Source: Hamiltosporidium tvaerminnensis FI-OER-3-3 (taxonomy: Eukaryota; Fungi; Microsporidia). Taken from it: DNA of 64,000 bases. A program made the position numbers and the translations under genes. The stretch is from contig JAKIMF020000005.1 of the NCBI GenBank assembly GCA_022605425.2, positions 1,364,001 to 1,428,000 of the forward strand, written 5' to 3'. Below the pieces are notes generated by a model. The model had not been told where the DNA came from and searched no databases. It saw nothing but the letters and a program-made list of their open reading frames with translations. Positions 13,072 to 28,340 of this stretch are shown one piece after another (within the stretch, counting starts at the first letter, position 1; every line of letters begins with the position of its first letter).

Positions 13072-15053
13072 ATGAAAATTTCATTTAGTTTCCCCGCAAC
13101 TTTTACTTTCTTATTAAAAGTTTTTGCTACAACTAACCAAAGAAACAACAAAAGAGTTTTGGAACCAAATTCTATAGCTCAAAATAGCGATGATTATCCC
13201 GGAATTGATGGTTTTGACTATTTAAGTTTTGCAAAGGTTTTTTTGATACAAAGTGATCCAATTCAACCTCAGAAAATAGAAACATCAACGACCGAATTTC
13301 TTCAAAATAAACAAGAATCTTTCCAAGCAAATCCTCAGACATCTTATTTACATGAAAATTACATACCAGAAGAAAACATAGAAATAAGTTCTTTTGACAA
13401 TGCATCACTACATATAACATGCTGTGATGATAATAAAACTGTAAGTTCAATCTATTCACCTACTCCATTACCAGCATTCCATATTGCATTTCCCGAAAAG
13501 GCAGGAAAAGAACGAATTTCGGAACATTTTGAAGAGGAATCCATGAAACGAGATGTATTAAATAAACAATTTACCACAGAAAATACATGCTCTCAACCAA
13601 TAATAAACGATCTATCTACACTATGTTCTGAAGAAGTGAGTATTTTAAGTCAAGAATTTCAGCCTGCGAATAAACCAGTAGAAATTCAAACAAATAGATC
13701 AATACCATATAATGTGAAAGTAAGCGAAATTATTAACGATGCGAAATTTTGCTTTAGAAATAATGAAATTTTGGTTTATGAAGGAATCAAAAATAGGATT
13801 TTAGATGAGCCATCGTTCAATTGTTTTATGAACCAAATAATTTCTGAGAGAAATCTAGATAAAGTAAACCAGGAATCTGTTCAAGTGATAAAACAAGAAT
13901 TACATAGAATTATATTTAGTTCTGATTCTGTGGATAATTGCACCGAGAATAAATATACTGATGGTGGTTTAAACGAGGAAAATATCCTATTCAAGCTTAA
14001 AGATAAAAATTCCGAATTTTATCGCAACGAATATGAGACATACGAGGATTTGAAAACAATCTTGAAGTTTAGAAGAAAGCTTGTAAAATTCGAAAATACA
14101 TTTTTTTCCGAGCTAGCCACATCTGAATGGTCGAAAATAATCGAACAAAATATGTGTGTCAATCCTCTTGAGAATATTAAAAAATCAAAAATTAATCTAA
14201 TATTTCCGGAGTTGAATCTTTTCTTTGAATCGTTTAAAGCAAATCAGTTTGCCTATATTTCGAAAGGACATATATTATATGTGCATTATCTTTATGAAAT
14301 TATAAGTCTTTTAACATATTCTATTTTTCAAAATAATGAAAATTTTCTTAAAAATAAATCACAGGATGAAATTAGTCGTTCAAAAATCTTAATGAACAGA
14401 AGAATTTTCTTTATGAGATTTTGATTTCGGAATTGTTTATTTCTTTTGAACAAGATATTTTGAAGGTACGGATTTACCTACTTTTAAATTTATTACATTA
14501 TTTCTCTACTCTTACCCTCAATAGAGCGGTTTACTTTAATACTTTTCTTTTTAGAATAAAAATCCGATATATTTTTAGATTCATTTTTGATACAAATATA
14601 AAAACAGGAGAAGAGTTTAAAAATAGCTTGCTTTTAGGCCTTAAATGTCAACTGAAAATGCCCAATGCTTCAAAGTTATTACAAAAAGGATTGTTTGATT
14701 TATTTCTTAATAATTTTTGTGTACCTATTTACATAGATTCGATTCAAGCTCTTATAAACATATATAGAGATAAATTTGGTAAGGTTTCAAAAAATAGTTT
14801 TAGCTTAGAAGACAGAGAAATAAAGAATTTACACCAAAAAATAATTTTGTTAAATTTTTCGCAGAATACACAAACGCACGACAGTAGAATGCTGGAAATA
14901 TTCTTAGAATTGGAATGCAGAATCAGTAATTTAGAGAGAAGAATTTTGAGAGGTTCTATTCAGTTTATGTCTTTTTACGCAAAAAGAGGCTATGCTAGTG
15001 TTTATAAAAGCATACTCAAACAGGCGGAATTATATTATCGAGTATCTAATTAA
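13072..15053 (+). CDS. ~660-aa secreted hypothetical protein; ORFs 13072-14424 and 14421-15053 joined by one frameshift
   Basis: Signal peptide MKISFSFPATFTFLLKVFA, an S/E/N/Q/P-rich ~200-aa region, then a helical domain. The second frame is open from 14376, and one extra A in the A5 run (14382-14386) fuses the ORFs (SKNLNEQKNFLYEILISELF). tatccATG start; ATTAAA overlaps the stop. Paralog of 32675-34462. Confidence 0.85.
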
Positions 15054-17899
15054 ACTATGTTTTTAAACAAGTGATTCATTTCTTTTATGGTTTTTTATTC
15101 GAATTAGACACCATGTTTGTTTAGATATAGTATATATTTGCTATGTACCTAATTTTATATTTTTTACAACTTATAAATCAAGTATTTTCCCATAAAAGTA
15201 TATAAATGATTAATCTTTAAAATCCGGAGATTTTTTTTATTTTCGCTTCATTTTAATATTTTTTTATAACTGTAAATTTGATTCAAGATGATTCAGTTTC
15301 GCAGTAAGAAATTCAAACATCTGTCATTTCCGAGTTTGAAATTGTGGTTGAATAATTTCAGTTTAATATGATGATGAAACCGTAATTTTGCTAAAATAGT
15401 TAATATACTGGAGATGAAAGCTATAAAAGTCATATTAATCAGATCATACAATAGCAACGAGAAAATATATAATCTAAATGATTTTAATTTTTCGAGTCCA
15501 TTCATAAATTAACGAAGTTTAAAACTTTAAGTGTCTTTCCTTAAAACTTTGAAGTAACTTACAAAATCAAAAAGACTTTTTATAGATAAAAGCTTTACAT
15601 TTGCTTGCTTCTCATAAGATAATTTCCTTTTTTTAATTTGTATGAATGCTTTTGTTTTTATTCCTTAGATTTAAATTAAACAAAATAAAAACTTGTATGA
15701 GTATATTGTGCATCCAAAATTTTATTGTTACCTCAATTGTAAAAAATTTCAAAATAAAATTTTTACTTAATAGCTTGATTAGACTTTTAATAAAGTATAA
15801 TTTATTTTGCAACAGTTATGAATGCAAAAATAAGTGCTAGGGTTTAAAAAATAGATTTCTACAGCAATTTAAAGAAATCGTAGTTGCATATAAAATCGTT
15901 TTATAAAAAATTTAACATACAAAAATAGGAATATATATATTTCGAACTTCTTATATTTGCAAGATACATGAGCCATTTCGTTTATTCTGTTTTACAGAGA
16001 TACGAATGAAGAACATTTATGTTTTGCAAGAAATAATGATAGTTCATTTTCACGATTTCAGAGAACTTGCATCGTGATAGCAAAATTATAGGGTATTCTT
16101 GCAAAAAAATCATAAATTATATAAAAAAATATTAAATTAATATACAAGATCTAAAACTATAGCGTTTTAAAGATTATAAAGTTTCATTGATTCAAAACGA
16201 CCAAATGTAGCCTGTAAAAATCAACAGTGCTATTCCACATTGCATTATAGAATACAAAAATATTTAATGTTCATTAACCATCCAAAAATTCTCTGTAATG
16301 ATAAAAAATCTTATATATTTTTAATAAATTATTATCTTTGTACCATAACAATTTTCTGATATTAATATAATTAATAACAGTTTCATTAGTAAATTTTAAA
16401 TTTGAAGCTGCTATTTTCAAATATATTAAGATGTTGCAAGATCAATTGTACTTCTAAATTAAAGTTTACAAAAAACTATTTTATTAAAAAACCTAAAAAA
16501 ATTCCAAACATACCTAAAGCTCTCTTAAATACTATGACGCTAAAAATTTATTTTCAAATACCAAGATCATTGATTCTTGTTCTGTTTTTTGAGGCATTTT
16601 TAGGGCAACTTAATTTCCAAAGAGGTTTTTAAATGTGTTTATGTCTCTTTTCAGAATATATTTTTGAAATACTCTGTATTACATACTGCATTTACATAAA
16701 AAAAAAGATTAATCGATGCCAAATAGCTATAGAATACGTCTAACGAAATTCTTGTATTTTCAATAATAAATTTATTGCAATGTTTCAATATTGACAAGAG
16801 ATGCTTTTTTTAGTATGCTTCAAAAAAGCAACATTTATTAACATAGAAATCAGTATATACTATAAAAGTTCGACTTTATGTAATTTATAGGCAGAGTTAA
16901 ATGACTTATAAATATCTGGATGGTAACTGCAAAAATAACTGTATATATCGTTTTATATGCTGATGCACTATAGTTTTAAATGGAAAAATAATTTAGTTTG
17001 TGCATTTAAATTTTAATTTTTTTGCAATTGCCTATGAACACCAGTAATTTATTTGGTAAAAACTTTCTAACGAATAGTTTCTCTAATATTTATATTGAAT
17101 ACAAAAAAACAAATGGCTTTTATATTTAGGACATATTTACAAAACAACCACTCTTTAATCACAAAATGGTATCATCTAATATGTATATTCAATAAAGCTT
17201 TACATTTTAACGCAGTGAATATAAATTTACAGACTTTTCGAATTTATCTTGAAATAGTTGAGATTTGTGTGAAAACAACAAAAATGACTGGTATAATTCA
17301 AGAGACAAATATTCTGTTTAAGTCAAAATTTTAAACTAAAAAATTGTAAAATACTTTAATAACTCGCTCCTTTTTTTGATTCCAACTTAACTTTTTTTGC
17401 AACCTTTGTAAGGTTAACGCGTTTAACTGTTATGTTTCATAAAAATTAGAGAAAATTTCGACTTACAGTTAACCTACAATATGTTGATATTTGTTGCATT
17501 TCGAACAGTTTTGATTAGAAGTGTATTTAACAAGAGTTTCGATTTTAAATATTTTAAAGAAACATGCAAGGTATTTTAATGCTTTGTTAATGAAAAAACT
17601 ATTTAAAGCACAATTTATTATTTTTAATATATCTGGTTTTTACTCTCATCGCATCCAAAACTCAAATGATTTGGATTTTTAATAAAACATAATTTTTCGG
17701 ATAAAAGTATTTTTTTTATTATATTTAACATGAATCCTTTTATGAATACGATATAAAACAATATTAAAAACCGTAAATTATTCTTTTATTAAATAATTTA
17801 GTTTATATATTATAAATTTTAAAAAACATATATATCTTTATCAAGCAAATCCAGTGCTTTCTAATAGGGAAGTATTCTCGTCGATTCCATGTAATGGAA

Positions 17900-18900
17900 A
17901 GTCAATATTTTAAAAAATAACACAATGTGCTATATCAAAATATTTAGCCTCGATAAATCAATATAAACGATTAAAGAAACGGTCTATCGCTTTTGAGTCA
18001 AAAACCGCTAATCTTTGTCATGTGTGTAATAAATAAACATTAAAGACATTTTCTTTAGATAAGAATTATTGTATAAGTTTCATTTTAGTAATAAGATGAA
18101 GCACGTAAAAATTACTATTGGATATTTGCTGCTCTGAGAACCAATTTTAAATATTTTGAGTAAAATTCTAGTTTTATATTGTATTAAAATGAATTTAACA
18201 TGCTCGTACTCTTTCCTCATATGATTCGAAGAGGTAATATGAAAGATTCCACCCATTTTCTTTTTAAATTATTATCTAGAGTTTTAATTCTGTTATTTAG
18301 TCATGAGGTCAAATTTTCCAAAAAATTATAGTATAATTTAGTATACAACTGATTCGTTTTTCTATTTTTTTAGCCCGAGCTACAATTTATTATATATTTT
18401 AGCTTAGCAACTATATATGATGTGTTGCTTCTAAGAATTGTATTTTTAACAAATATCGATTAGATTTCCGCATAATTCTGCTTAGATAATTTTTCGATAT
18501 TTTTACTATGTTCTTCAAAAATTTAAACAAGTTGAATGATCAAATACGCTTTGGACTTAGCAAAGCACCCATGAACTCGAAAAATATAATTCAAATATAA
18601 TTAAAAATTCGAATTTACTTTCCAGATAAAACCGTCTCATCAGTTTTGCTTCACACGAAAGAATGTCATGGTATGCTTTATCAATATTATGTAAAAGATA
18701 AAATTTGTTCTATCAGACAAAATTAATTTCGTGTATAGATTGGGTTATATAATTACATTTGTTTGAATTATATTGTTTTTGATAATGACTCATTTGGAAA
18801 TTATCAAAATCGTAAATTTTAATAATAATAAAGTAAAAATTACTCGAAATAATTCCACCTACAAAGTTTTTTTTTGCTTTCTTTTAAGCTTGCAAAGTTT
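17900..18900 (-). pseudogene. Eroded ORF of unknown product
   Basis: Protein-like minus-strand fragments across frameshifts (HNIDKAYHDILSCEAKLMRRFYLESKFEFLIIFELY; FEEHSKNIEKLSKQNYAEI). Boundaries are uncertain. Confidence 0.3.
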
Positions 18901-21900
18901 TCTGCAAACAAAGTTCAAAAATAATTACATTTGTATGTTATTAGAATTTTTAAAAAACACAAATGTTTTAAATAACTTTAAAAATGAAACCATCTAACAT
19001 ATGAAATCGAATACTTTTGAACATCTTGATATATTTGAATATTCCCAGGAAGTTCTTATAACAAGAGTTTTAATATTTTGCTTAACTATTTGTGTGCAAA
19101 TAATCGAGCGCTTGGACCCGAAGACTTTCAATCATTAAACTTTTTTTTCCGCTGTATTTATCCCGAAAAAGCAAATATTGTTTCTGTTTTTTACAGTTTT
19201 TATATTTGATTTTTTGAAAAATATTTGAGAACATAAATGATAATATGAGTAACATAAACTTACATCTATTGATATAATTATCAAAAAAGTGTCAAATGGC
19301 TTAAAATTTGTTGTAAAACCTAAATAGTATTACAAATAAGATTAAAAATAATTTATAACTATGATAAGATTAGTTTTTTTGATTAAGAATTTATCAAAAT
19401 AATATTAGGCTTATTCCTATTTTGATATCTTAAAGTTCCTTGGATTTTTTTATCCATAAAATTCGGTTTATATTCTACGAGAAATCATGCACCAATATTT
19501 TTACAACTCAAAAGACATTCAGAAATATAAATGAAACACTTACTATAATATTATGAAGATAATTATGAGTGTATTAATAATTAAAAGAGCCAAATTATCA
19601 ATATATACTTTTTTAATATCAAATTACAAAATTGAAAGAATAGATATTCAGCTGTAAAAAACAGAAACAAGACATTAAATATATAAATTGAAAGTGAATA
19701 AATGGACAAACCTTTATCATATTTTATTTATACACCGATAAATAACTCTAATTTTCTGTGTCTTTACAAACAATATGCATTTGTCATAAAATATTAAAAT
19801 AAAATTTTCAAAATTGCCTAGGTTTTTCATTGTTAGTAAATTTTTAAGCTAATAAGTCGATATATAAAGCTATATATTTACTCATTAAGATTTGTATTTA
19901 TTAATATTAATTCACAAAAGCCTTATTTTTCAAAAGAAAAAAATAATATAAACTTTCGATCAACTCTTATGTTTATAGAGAGGAATAAATATAATCACAT
20001 GTTACCTATTGCCAGTGCTAATTTTATTGTAATGAATATGTTATTTAAACCATATTTTTTCATTTATAAATCTTTCTTATAATTTGTTTTAAATATATAG
20101 AGAAAAAAGCAAAGATATACTTATTGCCATTGAAAAAAACTAAATATGTGGCTTCGTATAAAAAATGAAATGTAAGTTTCCGGACCTAATGATCGCTTTT
20201 AAAAACAAATTGATTCTTTGTCTGTTGGTGATAGTCATACTAACCGAATATAATAGGGCCTTTTATAGTATTTTTGTGCCTATTTAAGAAAAATACTTCT
20301 AGTATCAAGCGATTCTTTAAATTTTGTTTGAAATTTTTGAACAGTGGAAAAAAAGATTTAAAAAAATTTTTTTTTCACCAAAATTAAACTTTTCAATCCA
20401 TTTCGTGCGAATTAATTCTTTCCGAGGAGAAAAACTGTATAGTTCTTATCTTTTCCTTAAATTTAAATGCTATTTTTTTTCATTCTTAGAATCTATTTTT
20501 AAATCATACAATTTCTACTATGTACTTTTCAGTAGTTTTGCATTTAAAACCAAAATAAAATAGCAAAGACTCAAAATACGAATTATCATGATTATCTTAT
20601 ATTTACTATCCTAGATTTTTGAATATTTCTTATTCCACATCATAATAAGATATATTGACCATGACCAATAAAAACGATGAACTCTTTTTTTATGTTCTGG
20701 TATGAGTAAATTATATTATTTAAGGAATATTTTTTATTTTGCTAGCTACCATCAAATGTAATATGATTGATGCCAATATATATTTTTTAATATTTAAACA
20801 TTCTTATAAAAATTTTATTGCACGAATATAAAAAAATTTATTCACAAAAAAATACTGGTTTAAATTTAAAGCACTAGAATTTTAGATTATAAGTTAAGGA
20901 AATAATATGTGGAATTGAAATATTTATATCTTAGATATAAACTTGGCAATATAATGTTTTTTCAGCTTATTTATTAAAAAAATTCCAATTTATCTTTTTT
21001 TTTGAATATATGAAAGCCTGAATATTTTTTAAGTTATTCATAACATTTTTTAATTCGTAGATCGTTTAGTTTCCTTCACCATGTAGTATCTTCCAACCCA
21101 ATAATTGACTTTTAATTAGTTTTAAATACTTGATATTTTATTAAAAAATTCATTATTTCGAGACACCGTTACAATTTATATTTTATGAAGACAATAAAAT
21201 AAAACGGATGTTTTGCCTTTCCGCCATATTTAAAATAAATTCATACTGAATTAAATATGTTATTAACTATTTCGAAACGTGTCTATTAAAATTGACAATA
21301 AAATGGTATATACCAGTGCGGATATTTTGAAAATCAACTTAATGAATATAATGCACAATATAATAAAATATTAAGATAAATTTCGTTTTTAACTGAATTC
21401 CTAAAATAGGAATACTTCGATAAAATATGTATCAATAGAATATTTCATTTTATATTTTCATTTCAAATTTGTTTATTTTAATGAACGGTATTTCTATTAT
21501 AATCAAATTCAATAAATAACTCATAAAGCAAATTAAAATAACAGTACAAACAAGAAAAAACATCAAAATATTTTCTTTAAAACCGAAAAGATTATTTTGT
21601 ACATCTTATCATAATTTTATTTTTTAAAAACTGTATTTTAAATATTTTAATGCAGTAAAAAATATTGTAAACTACAAATTTAAATTTAATATATTTTTAA
21701 TATAATCGATCCCAAAAATATAAATATCATAAAAGTATTACATATACTATTCGTTAAATAAAACCCTTTGCGATATAATATTTTAGATTATTTTATTCAT
21801 AGAACAGATAAATTAAAATCATTATTATAGAGTTATACAAAATATAATATTTAACGATAAGATTGATTTCATGAAAAATTAAAATAATATTGGAATTCAG

Positions 21901-24900
21901 AGAAAGTGTTTTAAAATTGATTTATTGTCATATATACCAGTTTTTGAATTATTTTTAATTTTCAGATTATTTTAAACATTAATGCCATTTTATAATTTTG
22001 TAATTCTGGCTTTTTATAGCTTAAATGGTATGACCGTTGTGACCCATATTATCTTTATTTTCTAAAATAAACTATTTGATTGTATCAGAACCCTCTAACA
22101 GAATATTTTCAACGTTTGCAGTATAACTAGACGCATCACCGTTAAAAACATAAAAGTATATATTTGAAATGTTTAAACCAGCCTGTTTTAAAATCAAATT
22201 ATTTCTTACTATATTGGGTAGAAATGATATTTATATAATTCAAACAAAAAACAAAATTTTCCAGTGCTTCTATGTAGAAATTGTTAAGGCATATAATAAC
22301 ATGTTAAATTACCTTTTCCCTCTTTTTTATTGTTACAGAAACATCATAATATGAACCATAAAATTTACATTTAAAATTTTATCCTGAAATAGTGATTTAA
22401 ACCGCCAGAGTAAATAAATTAAGAAAATTAAAATTAATATAACAACATATCTAATTTTATAATTTTCTGAAAAAGTCACATTTAATATTTTGAAATAATT
22501 TTGTCCTTATCTTCATTGGAAATATATGTTCTATTATACTTTTCTTTCAAATATACTAGTTAGGAAATACTTGTTGTCATTTTTAGTTAGTACTTTCTAA
22601 GTCTTAGATACACTATTTTAATAAATATATCACACCAGGATCTATCTAACAACCAAAAAAATAATCGATATAAAAGAAATTCTAGTCTGTAAAAACACAT
22701 TACAACTAGAATTTCCATTAAACAAAGTATTTTTATTTCTCCTAACAAAATGATAAATTATATGTGATGCGAGAATATCAAAACCGTCTTTGTTATAACC
22801 GTTTATAATATTTTCTATTACCCTTTATAAATAGAGAATAAATTCTATAAATTGATCATTAAAATTTATTGCAAATATTACTCCCATTTGTTTCAAATAC
22901 GAAAAACACTAAAAAATAAAATATGCGCTACTTTTAATTCAATATTAATACAGAAACATAAAAGTATTATACCATGATATAAATAGATGAGCGTTATAAC
23001 TTTAAAGGTTTTCCTTTAAAAAATCGTCTAATTTTTGAATAAATATTAAGATTTTGATTATTTAGTTCTGGAATTTGAAAAATGAATTAGAAATAAATTG
23101 AATCGAGATTTAAATTTTTAAAAAAAATATTTGCATATCCGTGAAAAAATATAGATCTATCAACAAATAACGGTAGATTGGAAGCTTCGAATTAAAACAA
23201 TTAAAAACGTTGTGAAATAAACAAAGAAAAGGATATATTGAAAAAAGACTTCGCTACAGATTTTCTTCTACCGGTATTAATCTATAGGCAATCATGTAAA
23301 ATACTTAGATTAGATTCTTTAAATAAACTTATATAATACAAATTTTGGTTTTCCAGGCTCCTCTCAATAAATCAATATTTTTTTAACATTTGATTAAATG
23401 TTTTTTGCCATTATACGTTTAAACTCTTGGAAATAGTTTTCTTCCTTTGGTTTTTATAGTGAAGTAAAAAGATTTCTTTATTATTAATATTTGTTGTTTT
23501 CTTTGAGAAGACTATTGGTTCTTATGAATCTTTTTAAGAATAATATGTGTTTTCAGACACTAAGAAGTTGTTTTTTTGCAAGTAAATATTCGTTAAGAAA
23601 TCAAAAAAATAAGATTTCAAAGGTTATCAAAAGCAAAAATAAATCTCGGAAAAACTTTCCAGGATTTTTAACCCTATTAAAGCAAGCTTAGCACATAGTA
23701 TTTGAATTTAAACATAATATCAAAGTATTTTTATCTGAATTTAAATAAACGTTTGGCCACGATATAAAACCAAAGAATTTTTATAGAAACTAGAAAGTGT
23801 ATAATAAGAATCCAATACTCCCAAATCTAGTACCGAGGTATATTATTTAGGTTTTTAGTATTTATGTTTAAAATCTTATTCAGGAGAATGATGTTAAAGC
23901 TTTGTTGTTAATACTTTGAAAGCAAAGTAATTGCATCGTTATCATTTACGATTAAAAAAAAGACAAATGCCATTAACAGTTAACAAACAAAATTTTGTTT
24001 TGGTTTCCTTTATGAGTAATTTTAAACTTATATAACTTATCAGAATTTTTTTTTTTGCTTTTTAGTGTTCATGATTTTTATGCTAATTATGATGTTTGTA
24101 TACCCCATATTAACAATGATTTTAATAAATTTTAAGCTTTATATTTGGTCTTTATAAAATGACTCGTATAGTCTGAATAATTAATATAATACTTTGTTTG
24201 AATAATTGCAATTAGCATTAAGCTTTAAATTTATTATTTTTATTTAGAAAACAATTTAAAAGTATTTTTTTAAATATAAAGCACAATTATAACAACCAAA
24301 CTTAAATTTGAACAAAACTTGGTATAATTCTAGTAAATGTTTTTTTTTTGCAAATTTAGTCAGATTTGAGACTTGTTATTTTCGGAGATTGAGGTATAGT
24401 TAAAATATAAATAGAGATTTTTTTTAAAATATTATTTGCACATATACAGATATAATAAAAACCTGGTTTTTTCTAGTAAAGAATATATAAATTATTGTAG
24501 TTTCGTTACTAGAAGAGCATTTTCCAAATACAAATTTTACTATTATATTTTTTTTACCGTATTAAACTAATATTTAAATGTAGTTTTACAAAAGAATGAA
24601 ACAAGTAACTCTTCAAACCAAACTCGAGATAATCTGATAATACTACTGCGTGACTAATAATAATCATTCTGATATTAAAAATTTAAAAAAACCTAAAATT
24701 CACAAAACATCCAGTATAACTATAAAAATTCAACTATGATAAAAGAAAGTATTAAGGAAGTCTAAGAACTAAGTAGGATTTTATAGCTATCCCGTGCTTT
24801 TTCAAGAATGTCCTTCAATTGACGAAAACATACTTTTTTATGACGCCTGGTCAAATTTCATGATTTAATTTTTTTAACCATGAATTAATTGGTTTTTTTA

Positions 24901-25849
24901 CAGAAATAAAATCAATAAAATCAAGTAAACTCCTCACAAAAATCTTTTACAGGACATCTTGTGATTTTAAAGATGTGTTTTATTGAAAAATTTTATGATT
25001 ATAAATAGGCTTAATAATTTTCTTCAATATAAGTTGCGCAAAATACAATTTTAAATGAAAGATAGCTCCAAATTAATAATATAGCTAGATAAGAAAAAGC
25101 TTATCAAATAATTCAATATTCTCATACACATTCTATTTTGTTTGAACGTCTAATTTTCAAATATTTACTTAAATATTTACCATAGAAATAATATTATTCA
25201 CCGAAACCATTTTTCGACCCTTGATAAAAAAATATATTGACGAAAAATATGCAAAAATGCTAAACCAGAATCAATAATTTACACAATTTCAGCATATTTC
25301 TATGAGTTTCTAAATATAATGCTTTTATAAAAACGGTTCATGCTAAATCGTCTAATTAAAAACAAGCAGATAATACCATATAATATATGAATTTTTATAA
25401 GAGTCATTAGAATAAAGTTTTTTTTCGCAAATGGCATCCTACCAGGCGATTATAAATATCACTATATATTCCTAGTTAAAAATTTTTCCATAAAATTCAA
25501 GCTACTTTATTTCGTTTAGAATATCATATTATTACGTTTATATGCCATGATCTATAGTTTTTAATATTATACGTAATTTTAGCTTTATACAGAAACTTTT
25601 TCTTAATACTCTAAAGTCATACCTTAGAGAAATACTAAGGTTTTTAATCCATAATGTACATAAAGAAAGTTAAATATGCGCGGCCTTGTTTTGCGTTTGT
25701 AAGAGCTCTTTAACTAGCATACTTTAGAAAACAAAAATTTTCTATTAGACTTTGTAAAATGTGTATTATAGAAAAGGATAACACTAGGAACAAAATAGCT
25801 TACAGCGAATAAATCTTTGCGACTTAGATTAAGTCTTCTTTTTTTAGCG

Positions 25850-26230
25850 TAGACATACAAACAGGTATAACCTGCTACTTAACATTCTGTTGGCGTAAGA
25901 ATGTTATATTTTTGTATCATCCAGAGACTAAGTCTTCCGTTTAGTGTGACTGAACCTAGGCAAGGAATGTTTTTGGATACCGATAACTAAGATTCAGAAT
26001 AGGTATAGAATCTAGTTATATAGAAAACTACAAAATTATTTATAGAAAAATCTGCAGGGCTTAAAGATCTTTTCATTTATTAAAAAGTCGTTTAAAACAA
26101 ACAAAAACACTGTTTTTTGATTAAACCAAGGATTCAAACTATAATCATCCCAGAAATTTAACTTTATATTGCTCTTAAGATAGCTTTCCTCGTTGGATGA
26201 CCAATTTTAGCCGATATTAATCCAAAAAAA
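25850..26230 (-). mobile_element. Degenerate Ty3/gypsy LTR-retrotransposon integrase fragment
   Basis: The minus strand gives, in order, KIGHPTRKAILRAI, FW and KQC..C (HHCC zinc-binding pattern GHP...FW...CxxC, requiring frameshifts), then YRYPKTFL (like the integrase core G.PK.I.SD). Confidence 0.42.
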
Positions 26231-28340
26231 TTTTATTATAGGACTAGAATGTTTATAACAATTAGAAAGAGAAATATTTTCTCGGTAAAGTATATTTTTA
26301 ACACAGAAGAGTAAAATTTCTTTTGAAGTAACTTGTGAGGTTTTCTATTATTAAAAGGGGTAACTTAACCAAACCTGTCTAAAGAATAACTAGTAGGTCT
26401 TATATTTTTCTCTTCAGAGTTAATAAAACAAAAATTAATAAATTTTTATGTTCTGAATTATTTTCCAAAAAACAGGCTCTTCTTTTTTTGTAGTATGAAC
26501 GAATAGGTCTTAATATTCCCTTTAAACCGTTCCATTTAATAAATATACAAGGATACAAAGTTCTCAAACAATCTTAGATTTTTTTTATCTTTTATTCACA
26601 TACACTGTTAATAATCAAAAATAGTCTTCTTTACCGATTTAAACAAATAACTTTTCTCTCGGATTTTTTTTAACTTGCATAGCCATCATATATGTTTCAA
26701 TCTAATATTCAAGACAATATTCGGATCACGCTTCATTATATTTAATTTCAAGGGTGCATATAGATTCCTCATTTGCATATTATTATTTAAATTTTGCAAA
26801 ATATTAGATAATTTAAATTGCTATCACAATATAATTTTCATGTATTAATCATGAGATTTTAGTTTTTAAATACTTATATAACTTTATTAAAAATTGGTGG
26901 CATTAATCCCGATTTTCTCTAAGAATATTAAAAAACTTAACACAATTTAATTAATATAAACGTCGTTTTGCTTAGTATGTGAATATACTCAATAACCTAT
27001 TATAAAAACCTTTCATACATATATTATGTTTTGTTTTGACAGAGAAAAACATATCTGTAGGAGGTCTCATATATCTAATCATTTCCAAAAAGATTTTTAG
27101 AAATTTAAAAAAATGTTTGTAAAAACGTCAACAACTTTACAGTTATCAATGAAGGATGATTTCACATAAAAATTCTAAAATTATCGAAAAACCGTAACAA
27201 ACCGCTATTTCAAAACTAAAGAAAATAGATTAATAATCACAGAACTGAGTTATTTAAAACATTTAAAAATAAATTCATTTAGACTGTAAAGTCAATGTTA
27301 ACTTTTGCAAGAATATACTTGTACTTTTTAAATGCAACAAAAATTAAATCCAAATGTACATTAGTTGATTATTAATACTTAAATTATACCAATAAATATA
27401 TTTAAAAAAGAAAACTATAAACACATTAATTTTTAGGTTTTAAATTAAATCAATGTACCATTTACCGTCATTTCAAAAATCCATATTGTACAATTTTTAT
27501 TTAGTTCAGATGTTAGATTTATACATATATAACAGTAAGTTTAAAGTTTATGCTTTAATTCGCTGATGGGTTTAATTTTTTACTTTATAAAGGGTATTTG
27601 AAATATAAAATGGCCAAAAATAATTCTTTGATTCAAAATGAAGAATTTCCAATATATTTATATAAACGTTATAACTAATTGGATTTAATGATTTTTTTAT
27701 ATAAAAAAAATTTTAATCATGTTTTACCAGAATTGATTTAAAATTTCTTTCTTCTAAAAATTTTATATATTACACCGTGGCATAATTCATATGAACCGAA
27801 TATAGTCGATTCATAACTTAAAAACAATATATTTTTCTAACCATCTTTTACTTCTATGCTGCCTCTGTATTTAATATGTTTAAGTTGTAATCAGAGTCAT
27901 TTATTAAAATTATAAATTATTAGAAACATTGGCATATTTAAGATACTTTTGATTTAATTTTATTGTAAAAAAAATATTTGAATTTCTCTAAATTATTTTG
28001 CTACATTTTCTAATGTTTTTCCTGATAAAAAATTTTGTTTTCTATTTCATGATTTTAAATCATTTAAGAAGAATAAAATCAAAAAAATAAACTGACAATA
28101 AAGTAATTAAATATAAATTTTGATTATTTCGCTTTTAAATCTTAGCTTAAGAATAAAATATTAAACAATTAAAATATATTTGCAAGAATAAAAAAGTAAT
28201 AAAATAATAAAAACAGGGCTTTAAAAAATATTTAGCTTGTTTGTATTTATGCGGTAATAAAAAAATTAACTGCTATGAATATTTTATAAAAAAGGGTTTC
28301 ATTAAATATTTTTTTGTGTAAATCCTTTTCACCTAGAAAT

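Noticed and set aside
14376-14424. Programmed -1 ribosomal frameshift joining the two ORFs
   Set aside because: No canonical slippery heptamer or evident stimulatory structure; a homopolymer indel is simpler.
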